Origin: an uncultured Planctomycetaceae bacterium
Lineage (GTDB): Bacteria; Planctomycetota; Phycisphaerae; SM23-33
Direction of reading: 5' to 3'
DNA length: 64,000 bases
Assembly (NCBI GenBank): GCA_964401385.1
Contig: CAYNYF010000010.1
Coordinates: 1,112-65,111, forward strand
Position numbers and translations under genes: made by a program. Positions 1 through 7,871 of this stretch are shown here, piece by piece. Positions within the stretch are counted from its first letter, which is position 1. Each line of letters opens with the position of its first letter. The notes below the pieces were generated by a model that was not told the origin of the DNA, made no database searches, and was given only the letters and a program-made list of their open reading frames with translations.

Positions 1-54
1 GCCCGCCAAACAGTAGCTGCGCGCCGGATCGAGCGCGTCGGCCGTGAAGGGACG

Positions 55-1077
55 ATGGAGCCGCTCGCCCAACTCGAAAGCCTGCGCGAGGAGGCGATGG
101 CCCAGTTGCGGGCCGTCGCGGACACCGCCTCGCTGGAGCGGTGGCGCATCCGCTACCTGGGCGCGAAAGGGGCGGTCAAGTCTGCCGTGCAGCGGATCAA
201 GGACCTCCCGGCCGAGGCCAGGCCGAGCTACGGCAAAGCGGCCAACCAGCTCAAGAGCGCCCTGACGGAGGCTTTCGAGTCGGCCCGGTCGAAGCTGGGC
301 GCCGGCGCCCGACGCCGTCGGCAGGCCGTGGACGTCACCCTGCCGGCCGAGCGCGTGCGGATCGGGCATCAGCACATCATCACCCAGACCATCGACGAAA
401 TCACCGAGATCTGGGCGCGCATGGGATTCACCGTCGCCTATGGCCCGGAAGTGGAGGATGAGCGGCACAACTTCAGCGCCCTGAACACGCCGCCGTCGCA
501 CCCGGCACGCGACGAGCTGGCGAATTTCTACATCAGCCCGTCGATCATGCTTCGCAGCCAGACCTCCACCGTGCAGATCCGCGTGATGGAGGCGCAGGAC
601 CCGCCGGTGCGCGTCGTCAGCCCCGGGCGCGTGTACCGCCCCGACACCGTCGACGCCACCCACAGCTTCATGTTCCACCAGCTCGAGGGGCTCTACGTTG
701 ACGAGGGCGTAAGCATGGTCGACCTGAAGTCGGATCTGGATCAGTTCTGCAAGGCCTACTTCGGCCAGCAGGTGGCCGCGCGTCTTCGGCCGCACTACTT
801 CCCCTTCACCGAGCCGTCGGCCGAGGTGGACATCTCCTGCCCTCTCTGCCCCGGCGATGGTGGGACCTGCCCGATCTGCAAGGGCACCGGGTGGATCGAG
901 ATGGGCGGCTGCGGCATGGTCGACCCGAACGTGCTCGAGGCCGTCGGCTACGACAGCGAGAAGTACACCGGCTACGCCTTTGGCATGGGGATCGACCGCA
1001 TGGTGATGCGGAAGTACAACATCCCCGACATCCGGCTGCTGTTCGAGAACGACGTCCGTTTCCTGCGGCAGTTCTGA
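55..1077 (+). CDS. pheS: phenylalanine--tRNA ligase alpha subunit
   Basis: 340-aa ORF. Class II aaRS core is collinear with bacterial PheS: YFPFTEPSAEVD, GWIEMGGCGMVDPNVLEAVG, GYAFGMGIDRMVM, NDVRFLRQF at the C-terminus. ATG at 55 is preceded by GAAGGGA. Confidence 0.95.
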   Translation: MEPLAQLESLREEAMAQLRAVADTASLERWRIRYLGAKGAVKSAVQRIKDLPAEARPSYGKAANQLKSALTEAFESARSKLGAGARRRRQAVDVTLPAERVRIGHQHIITQTIDEITEIWARMGFTVAYGPEVEDERHNFSALNTPPSHPARDELANFYISPSIMLRSQTSTVQIRVMEAQDPPVRVVSPGRVYRPDTVDATHSFMFHQLEGLYVDEGVSMVDLKSDLDQFCKAYFGQQVAARLRPHYFPFTEPSAEVDISCPLCPGDGGTCPICKGTGWIEMGGCGMVDPNVLEAVGYDSEKYTGYAFGMGIDRMVMRKYNIPDIRLLFENDVRFLRQF

Positions 1078-1139
1078 GCCCGGGCCGGTCGCCGGGGAGA
1101 AGGCGGGTCGCAGCTAGCGATGGAGGCGCGAAAAGGGCG

Positions 1140-2285
1140 ATGGTGATTTCCCTGCGGACGGATTTCCCGGGTGGAAACGGCCTGCTGCTCGGCGTGGACG
1201 AGTCGGGCGGCAGGCCCGCGCTGCGTTTTGCCGCCGAGCCGCGAAATTGCCCGCAGGCGCTGTGGTTCCACTTCCGCCTGAGCGGGCTTGGCGGCCGCGG
1301 GGTGCGGGTGGTGCTGGCCAACCCCGAGCAGACGCTGGGCGGGTCGGACTGGTCGAGGAATCGTCCCGTCTGCCGCTGCGGCGACGGCCGGTGGGCGCGA
1401 CTGGGGCTGCCGGGGCGGGTCGACACCGCCGGCGGGCGCGTCGAGTGGGCCTGGGACATTGACGCCGACGCCGACGAGATCGAGATGGCCCACTGCTTTC
1501 CGTATCAGTTGGCCGAGCTGGAGGCGACGCTGGCCCGGCTGGAGGGGGCTTTCCGGGCGGAGATGATCGGGGTGACGCTGGCCGGCCGGCCGATGCCGCG
1601 CGTGTTCAATCGCCTGCCCGGCGGCAACGAGCCCGGCGTGTTCCTGACGGCCCGTCATCACGCCGGCGAGACCCCCGGCTCGTGGGTGCTCGACGGGCTG
1701 ATGCGCCATGTCGCGGCCCACGCGCGCCTGTCCGAAAAAATCGCTTGGTGGGCGGTGCCGATGGTGAACCTTGACGACGTCATCGCCGGAAGCTACGGCA
1801 AGGATCCGTTCCCCTACGACTGCAACCGCGCGTACGGCCCGGGCACGCCCAGACGGCCGGAGGCGTTCGCCGTCATGCGAGACGCCGGCCGATTCAAAGA
1901 CACGTGCACGCGGATGCTGTTCATCGACATTCACGCCCCCGGACATCCCGAGCGGGCCAACTACGTGCCGCTGCGCGGCTGGGACAACGACTCGCCGATC
2001 AATCCCATCGGAGAGGAGTTCGCCAACCGCTTTCTGGCCGCCCAGCCGGCAGATATCCGCTCGCCCAAGGCCCACGTCACCCCCAAGCCGGGCGGAAACG
2101 ACGTGTATGCGGGGACCTCCAGCCGGACCTGGGCACAGACCGTCCTGGGCGTCGAGGCCATTTCCCTGGAGATCAGCTACCAGGGAAATGAAGAGAAGGA
2201 CTATGCCGTCGAGGACTACCACCGGCTCGGCGCCGCCCTGGCCGAAACCGCCGCCCAGTGGGTGCTGGAGACCAAAGAGTCGTAG
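1140..2285 (+). CDS. M14-family zinc carboxypeptidase-like protein (cytosolic-carboxypeptidase-like, no signal peptide seen)
   Basis: Track ORF 891..2285 overlaps pheS. The first in-frame ATG after the pheS stop is 1140 (MVISLRTDFPGGNG...). HxxE zinc motif in LTARHHAGETPGSW and a later His in IDIHAPGHP. The N-terminal FPGGNG segment resembles the beta-sandwich N-domain of M14D enzymes. Confidence 0.72.
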   Translation: MVISLRTDFPGGNGLLLGVDESGGRPALRFAAEPRNCPQALWFHFRLSGLGGRGVRVVLANPEQTLGGSDWSRNRPVCRCGDGRWARLGLPGRVDTAGGRVEWAWDIDADADEIEMAHCFPYQLAELEATLARLEGAFRAEMIGVTLAGRPMPRVFNRLPGGNEPGVFLTARHHAGETPGSWVLDGLMRHVAAHARLSEKIAWWAVPMVNLDDVIAGSYGKDPFPYDCNRAYGPGTPRRPEAFAVMRDAGRFKDTCTRMLFIDIHAPGHPERANYVPLRGWDNDSPINPIGEEFANRFLAAQPADIRSPKAHVTPKPGGNDVYAGTSSRTWAQTVLGVEAISLEISYQGNEEKDYAVEDYHRLGAALAETAAQWVLETKES

Positions 2286-2341
2286 AGGCGTCCAGAAGCG
2301 GCGCGCCGTAACTGGCGCGATGAATCTCAGAGGGCTAGACC

Positions 2342-3154
2342 ATGACCGCCAGATTGATGGAGCTGATGACAGTCAAGGAAGTGGTGGACGGTCTCAAAGA
2401 GACTCGGACCGTTCTGGTTCCGATGGGCGTGACCGAGCAGCACGGCCATCACCTGCCGCTTTGCACCGACACGTTCGTCGGGTACGAAAAGTGCAAGGCC
2501 GCCGCCGGGCGGACGGGCTCGTTCGTGACCACGCCGTTCCACTGCGGCTACTCCGGCGGAACGCTGCCGGGAACGATCAACCTCTCACCCCAGACCGTCT
2601 CGCTGATGGCGGCGGATACGATCGAGTCCCTGGCCAAGCAGGGCTTTCGCACGATCGTGCTCGTCCCCGGCCACGGCGACACGCTCTTCCTTCAGATGCT
2701 GGAGCTGGGGGCGAAGATGGTCCAGTGGCTGCGGCAGCTTCCGGCGGACGTGGCGGTGGCGGTGGCCCCCATCACCAGCGACGGCGGGCTGGGCCAGAAG
2801 TATCCCCTCGATCACCTCGACTGCCACGCCGGCTTCTTCGAGACCTCCGTCATGATGTATCTCAAGCCTGAATGGGTCCGCCCGCAAAAGCCCGTCGACA
2901 GCCCCGATTTCATGCGGAGGCTGTTCGCCGGCGAGACGGGCATTTTCGTGTCGGAGAAGCTCGTGGACGACCCGGCCGTGGTACCGCGAGTCCGCCAGCA
3001 CGAGCAGATGATGATCGGCGTGCAGGGCGATCCGTCCAAGGCCACCGCCGAATGGGGCGAAAGGATCTTCCAGGCCATGGTGGCCGAGCTGGTGGACCTC
3101 GTCCGCAGGCTCGAAGCCGCCCGGAAGGGCAGCAGCCCCTCTGGGGCTACTTGA
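2342..3154 (+). CDS. creatininase-family amidohydrolase
   Basis: 270-aa ORF with the family signature VPMGVTEQHGHHLPLCTD near the N-terminus and later PGHGD / DCHAG. ATG start. Confidence 0.8.
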   Translation: MTARLMELMTVKEVVDGLKETRTVLVPMGVTEQHGHHLPLCTDTFVGYEKCKAAAGRTGSFVTTPFHCGYSGGTLPGTINLSPQTVSLMAADTIESLAKQGFRTIVLVPGHGDTLFLQMLELGAKMVQWLRQLPADVAVAVAPITSDGGLGQKYPLDHLDCHAGFFETSVMMYLKPEWVRPQKPVDSPDFMRRLFAGETGIFVSEKLVDDPAVVPRVRQHEQMMIGVQGDPSKATAEWGERIFQAMVAELVDLVRRLEAARKGSSPSGAT

Positions 3155-3896
3155 ATGACACTTCCAGGCCCTCGGGGTCGATGACGACGTTGACGCTGGC
3201 GCGGAAGTTTCTCGTGTCGCGGACGAAGCGGAGGTAGGGCTCCACGGCCTTGCCGCCGTTGACGCTGTTGTGGGCCAGGACGACCGCGCCGGCCGGCAGG
3301 CGGTCATACGCGGCCTCGAGAATATCGAGGTAGATGCCCTTGCCGCGGCCTTTGTCGCCGTCGGCGTCGAGGTACAGCAGGTGGATCGGCTCGTCGGAGC
3401 CGGCGGCCACGTTTATGGCGTCGTCGGCCAGAACGCCGGCGGCGCCGGTCGGATCGATTCGCCGGACGTTTCGTTCGGCCCGCTCGGCCTGGTCGGGCTT
3501 GATCTCCACGCCGACGAGTCGCCCGGGCGTGTAGCACGCCCCCGGCCCCACGCCCGCCCCGGCGTTTGAGATGAAGGTGAAGCCGCAGAACACCCCGGCC
3601 GCCAGCATGTTCTCCGGACGCACAATGGCGTTGATCGCGTACAGCAGCCGCTGCATGCGCGGGCTGATCGCCGTCCAGGGAATCTCGAAAAGCTCGGCCG
3701 CGGCCCGGCGGTGGGCCAGCATCTTGTCGTGGTCATACCGCGTCTGCGGCAGCACGCCGGCGCCGTGAAGCGCTTCCAGTGCGTCGGCCACGACGGCGAT
3801 CTCCCGCTCCAACGGCTCCAGCACGCGATGCGGATGGTGGTAGTCCATCCGATACTCTTGCCAGTCGTCGCTGCGGTGCGTGTTGCTCACAACCAT
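3147..3896 (-). CDS. class I SAM-dependent (O-)methyltransferase-like protein
   Basis: The track ORF starts at a TTG (3992). The first ATG (3896, MVVSNTH...) is preceded by AGGGAA. LVGVEIKPDQAERAERNV and LLYLDADGDKGRGKGIYLDILEAAYDRLPAGAVVLAHNS resemble O-methyltransferase family 3 / Methyltransf_24. The 3' end overlaps the creatininase stop by 8 bp (convergent). Confidence 0.68.
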   Translation of the reverse strand: MVVSNTHRSDDWQEYRMDYHHPHRVLEPLEREIAVVADALEALHGAGVLPQTRYDHDKMLAHRRAAAELFEIPWTAISPRMQRLLYAINAIVRPENMLAAGVFCGFTFISNAGAGVGPGACYTPGRLVGVEIKPDQAERAERNVRRIDPTGAAGVLADDAINVAAGSDEPIHLLYLDADGDKGRGKGIYLDILEAAYDRLPAGAVVLAHNSVNGGKAVEPYLRFVRDTRNFRASVNVVIDPEGLEVSFK

Positions 3897-4040
3897 TTCC
3901 CTGCGGCGGGGCCGGACCTCGGACCATCGAGCGACCGCGTTGTCGCGGATGGGAACGTCCCTATCCGGCGTCCGCGGGAACGACGACGCCAAAGCGCAGG
4001 CGAAACGCTGCCTGGCGGGTGGAGGATCGAACCCTCGCGA

Positions 4041-7000
4041 TTAGAGGACCAGGATTTCCAGGTCTTGGGTGTTGACCACCTGTCCGAGTCGCCACGGGTA
4101 GGACCACCTGGCCCGGGTGACCTTGTCGTAGTATCGGACCGAAGCGATCTCTCTTCCGGTGCCGGCGTCGCGGGCGTAAACGCCGAAGCTCGTCACGCTG
4201 TTGTCGAAGTTCACGTTGAGCAGGCTCACCCTGCCGATCGTGGCCGCGGACAGGTTGCTGTTCTGGAAGTACCACCGGGTGGCGCCGCCGTCCCGGAGCC
4301 CGCGGATGGCGAACGACTTGATGGTGGCGTCTGATTCGAAGTCGGCGGCGCCGGTTGCGTGGCGGACGACGGTGTCTTTCATTCCGGCGAGGAAGTCGGC
4401 CCCGTCGGCGGCGCCCAAGGTCACGCCCGCCATGCTGCCGGTGGTGCGGATCGTGGAGTCGGCGGCGGTTCCGCGAACGGTCAGCCGGCCCATCTCGCCG
4501 GTGATGTCCCATGTGGCCTGGCGCAGATCGCCGGCGATCCTGGTGGTGCCCAGCGTGTTGCGGGGGTTGCCGCTGCCGTTCAGCAGCAGGTCGGCCTGGA
4601 AGTGGCCGGCGGAGCCGGTTCGCCTGTTGCCCCTGGTGGTGAGTCTTCCGATCCAGGGGGTCTCAAGTATGTCCGGCGTGGCGTCCAGGTCCAGCCATTC
4701 CGTCGCCGTAAAGGACCGGACGGGCGTTTCGCTGACCATGCTCACTTCCGCCAGTCGGCCGAAGGTCAGGTCAACGGTCGCCCTGGTGTCGCCGGGCGCC
4801 GGTGGGCCGATCGTCACAACGTGGTCGCCGGCGATGTCGCCCAGCACGATCCGCTTGGCGGTGCCGGTGATCTCCACGTTGCCGAGCACGGCCACGCCTT
4901 TGCCCGTGATGCCCCCGATGGCGTCGCGGGCGATGATCTCGCCCACGACGGTGCCGCGGGCGGCGATAATCCTGAGCTGCGACCTGGTCGTCGTGCCGGC
5001 GATGACGATACGAACGATGTTGCCGCCCATGCCCCGGCCGGTCATGCCGTTGGCCGAGAGGAGGTCGGCATGGCCCGGCCCGGAGAACGACGCCGTGACC
5101 CTGTTGCCGAGGCCGTCCAGGAAGGTCACCCTGGACCTCTGTACCAGGCGGGTGTAGCGGTCGCCCAGATACAGCTCGACGTCGGCCTGGGCGGACCACC
5201 AGACGTTGTTGTCGAGGTCGGTCTCGGCCACCTGGGCGTCGCTGTTCGCCTTCACCGCCAGGTAATACATCCCCGGGTCGGCGCCGCCGAAGGTGCTGTA
5301 GAGAACCTGGAAGTAGCCGGGGCTATCCTCTCCGACGCCCAGGCTCGGCAGCGTGTGCGTCGCCTGGTAGACGATCACGTCGTCATCGTTGCCCCAGACG
5401 GTGTCCGTGCTCAGGCGGCCCTCGAACCGGATGGGCTGGTACGTGGGGATCGCCACCTCGCCGAGATTGGACACGCGGGCGCCCAGCGCAATCGCGTCCA
5501 GGCCGACGGCGTAGGCACCGGGCGTGTAGTCCGCGTCCGTCACCACCAGGTCCGGGCCGCTGACCTCGCCGGTGATGGCGAAGTTGAACGGCGACTCGTC
5601 GTCGTCGCTGTTGAGGAAGCTGACATCTCCGGCGTGCTCGCCCATGACCGACGAATCCAACGTCACTCCGAACGTCGTGGACTCCCCCGGTCCCAGCAGC
5701 GTCTGGAGCGGCTGGGTGACGGTAAAGCCGCCCGGGACCGTCACCGTGCCGATCGTCAGTTGTGTCGCCCCGTCGTTGCGGACGGTGAAGACCTGTTCGA
5801 CGGTGGCCGCGTTGTGGGCCACGAGGCCAAAGTCGATGGGCGTGGTCTCACCATCGGTGATCGGGCTGCCGCCGTATTCCACCGTGACCTCGCCGGAGGA
5901 GAGGACCTGGCCGGTGATGGCGAAGTCGAACGGATCCTCGTCAAAATCGTTGCTGGCGATTGTCAGATCGCCCGCCCACGTTCCGGAGGTGTCGGTCGTC
6001 ATGCTCACCGCGAACATGAGACTCCCGCCGGCGGCTATGGTGTTGGACGAGAACCCCCAGAAAACGAACCCGTCCGGGACCGTAACCGACCCGAGCGTCA
6101 AGTTGGCCACACCGTCGTTGTGGATGGTGAAAATTTCCGGGACGGGGTCTGCACCGAAATCGACGTTGCCGAAGTCGACCGGAACGATCTGGCCGTCATC
6201 GATTTCGGTCGCCCCGTCCATGACTCTGATCTCCGGCTGCGGCTGCACGAAGACTTGCAGGAAATCGCCCCACGAGGTGTCGGCGACGAAGGTGAAGTTC
6301 CCTTCGTTGTAGTCGTAGTAGGCCAGCTCGCTTATCGCACCGACGTCGGGGAAGAGAATGGTCATGCCGGTGCCGTCCAGGCTGGCCTCGCTGTAATTGC
6401 TGAGGATGGTGGTGTTGTACTGGGCCAGCGCGCCGGCGGCGGCGGCGGCAACCACGGGGTTGACGGCGTTGGCTGATAGCTCCGAGAGGAATCCGCCCAG
6501 ATCGATGAAGTCGCCCGGCACGTAGACGGGAGTCCACGTAATCGGATCCAAGGTCCAGTATCCCGCGAAATCCTGTGCGGCGTCATGAGCAGCGTCGGCC
6601 GTGTCCAGGTCCGCCCGCTCGGTGAGGATGGCGTCGGCCACGGCGTCGACCGCGGCCGACAGCGCCGGCACCTCCGCCAGGTCGACGGCCGACAGGGTGG
6701 TCACGTCGATGGCGTCGTAGTACTCCTCATACCGGCTGACCATGCTCCCGGCCACCTGGGCCGCCGACCAGGACGGGTTGGCCGTCACGTCCGCCAAGAT
6801 CGTGTCGTAGGGGTAGCCCTCGTGGGGGATCGATTCTTCCGAGGCGACCATGACGTCGCCGTAGGCGGCGACTTCGTGGGCGACCTCGATCATGCCCATC
6901 ACACAGGCGTCGAAGGCGATGACGTCCAGGTTCACGGGCGAGCGGCTGATGCCCAGGTTCAGCTCCGAGAGGGTCAGCCAGCCGCCGTCGGTGTCGTCTG

Positions 7001-7454
7001 TGATGGCGCCGGTGACCCCGCCGCCGTGGTTCCACAGGATCAGCGCGTAATGGTCGGCCGGATACGTGGTGGCGGCCCATTCGATGAATTCGGTCAGGTA
7101 GCCGGGGTGGCCCATGTTGATCTCGCCGATGCTGGCCAGATCGGACGAGATGATGCTGGTGTTGCCGTCCTGTGTGACCAGTCCGCGGCGGGTGTCCTCC
7201 CAGTCGCCGTTGCTGGCGTCGTAGCCGGGGGCGCGGTCGACTTGGACGACGATGTTCACTTCCGCCGTGGAGCCGACTGTCTCCATTTCGTTGACGCCGA
7301 CGATGGCGTACGCTTCGAGATCGTTGTCGCCGTCGACGTACACCATCATCGTCCAGTCCGCCGACAGCAGCAGCCGCGGCTCCAGCGATTCCAACACGGG
7401 TCTGCCCGAACCGTTCAAAGGCCTGATCCCCCTCGGGCTGTTGCGCCTGCCCAT
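4041..7454 (-). CDS. large secreted clostripain-like (peptidase C11) multidomain protein
   Basis: ATG at 7454 is preceded by AAGGAG (the track start at 7475 is GTG). N-terminal ESLEPRLLLSADW motif. C11 His/Cys dyad context: LILWNHGGG and IAFDACVMGM. Then two ~110-aa Ig-like repeats (FTIHNDGVANLTLGSVTVP / FTVRNDGATQLTIGTVTVP, each ending F[DN]FAITG[QE]V). Then a CARDB-like segment (PDLVVTDADY...DLDNNVWW) and a ~380-aa Gly/Thr-rich C-terminal region. Confidence 0.85.
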   Translation of the reverse strand: MGRRNSPRGIRPLNGSGRPVLESLEPRLLLSADWTMMVYVDGDNDLEAYAIVGVNEMETVGSTAEVNIVVQVDRAPGYDASNGDWEDTRRGLVTQDGNTSIISSDLASIGEINMGHPGYLTEFIEWAATTYPADHYALILWNHGGGVTGAITDDTDGGWLTLSELNLGISRSPVNLDVIAFDACVMGMIEVAHEVAAYGDVMVASEESIPHEGYPYDTILADVTANPSWSAAQVAGSMVSRYEEYYDAIDVTTLSAVDLAEVPALSAAVDAVADAILTERADLDTADAAHDAAQDFAGYWTLDPITWTPVYVPGDFIDLGGFLSELSANAVNPVVAAAAAGALAQYNTTILSNYSEASLDGTGMTILFPDVGAISELAYYDYNEGNFTFVADTSWGDFLQVFVQPQPEIRVMDGATEIDDGQIVPVDFGNVDFGADPVPEIFTIHNDGVANLTLGSVTVPDGFVFWGFSSNTIAAGGSLMFAVSMTTDTSGTWAGDLTIASNDFDEDPFDFAITGQVLSSGEVTVEYGGSPITDGETTPIDFGLVAHNAATVEQVFTVRNDGATQLTIGTVTVPGGFTVTQPLQTLLGPGESTTFGVTLDSSVMGEHAGDVSFLNSDDDESPFNFAITGEVSGPDLVVTDADYTPGAYAVGLDAIALGARVSNLGEVAIPTYQPIRFEGRLSTDTVWGNDDDVIVYQATHTLPSLGVGEDSPGYFQVLYSTFGGADPGMYYLAVKANSDAQVAETDLDNNVWWSAQADVELYLGDRYTRLVQRSRVTFLDGLGNRVTASFSGPGHADLLSANGMTGRGMGGNIVRIVIAGTTTRSQLRIIAARGTVVGEIIARDAIGGITGKGVAVLGNVEITGTAKRIVLGDIAGDHVVTIGPPAPGDTRATVDLTFGRLAEVSMVSETPVRSFTATEWLDLDATPDILETPWIGRLTTRGNRRTGSAGHFQADLLLNGSGNPRNTLGTTRIAGDLRQATWDITGEMGRLTVRGTAADSTIRTTGSMAGVTLGAADGADFLAGMKDTVVRHATGAADFESDATIKSFAIRGLRDGGATRWYFQNSNLSAATIGRVSLLNVNFDNSVTSFGVYARDAGTGREIASVRYYDKVTRARWSYPWRLGQVVNTQDLEILVL

Positions 7455-7871
7455 CCTTGCACTCCTTTCACGCACGTCTTCAGTGGCTCATCTTACTGCA
7501 AGGTTGTTTCTGACGCCAAGGCCGCGGCAGCCGATTCTCGGGAATCCCGCGCATCGTATTTATTGATGGAACTATTCGTTTGGGCCCTGTTCGTTTCCGG
7601 GCGGATGCTTTACAGGGACCCAGATGGACGCCCAGCCCTCGTCTCGGCGGCCAAGCCGGCCCCGCCCGGGGCCACCGGTTACTATGATACTGGCCGCTGG
7701 GGCCGGGACGCAATGGATTTCCTGCCGCCGGGCCGGTGGTGCAGTGTGGCCGGTCCGGAAGCCTGATTGAAAGTCGTTCCCCGCAAAGCGCATAATGGTT
7801 GGCGGGAACTTCCCGCCCGTGGGCCGGGCCGAAGTTCCCTGGGATCGAGGCGATCGAAGGGATTCTATAAC

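Noticed and set aside
838-894. Cys cluster CPLCPGDGGTCPICKGTG inside PheS, considered as an unusual zinc-ribbon insertion
   Set aside because: To my recollection many bacterial PheS proteins (Bacillus-type) carry the same CxxC...CxxCKxTGWIE insertion before the GWIE motif, so it is a normal family feature.
891-1139. Upstream extension of the M14-like ORF overlapping pheS by 187 bp
   Set aside because: The extension is Arg-rich with no homology-like pattern. The pheS frame is certain, and an ATG lies just after the pheS stop.
4359-6476. 705-aa plus-strand ORF (and several others) inside the C11 protease gene
   Set aside because: It is antisense to an ORF with clear family motifs. The translation is Arg/Gly/Ala/Val-rich with no recognisable motif, which is typical shadow-ORF behaviour in high-GC DNA.
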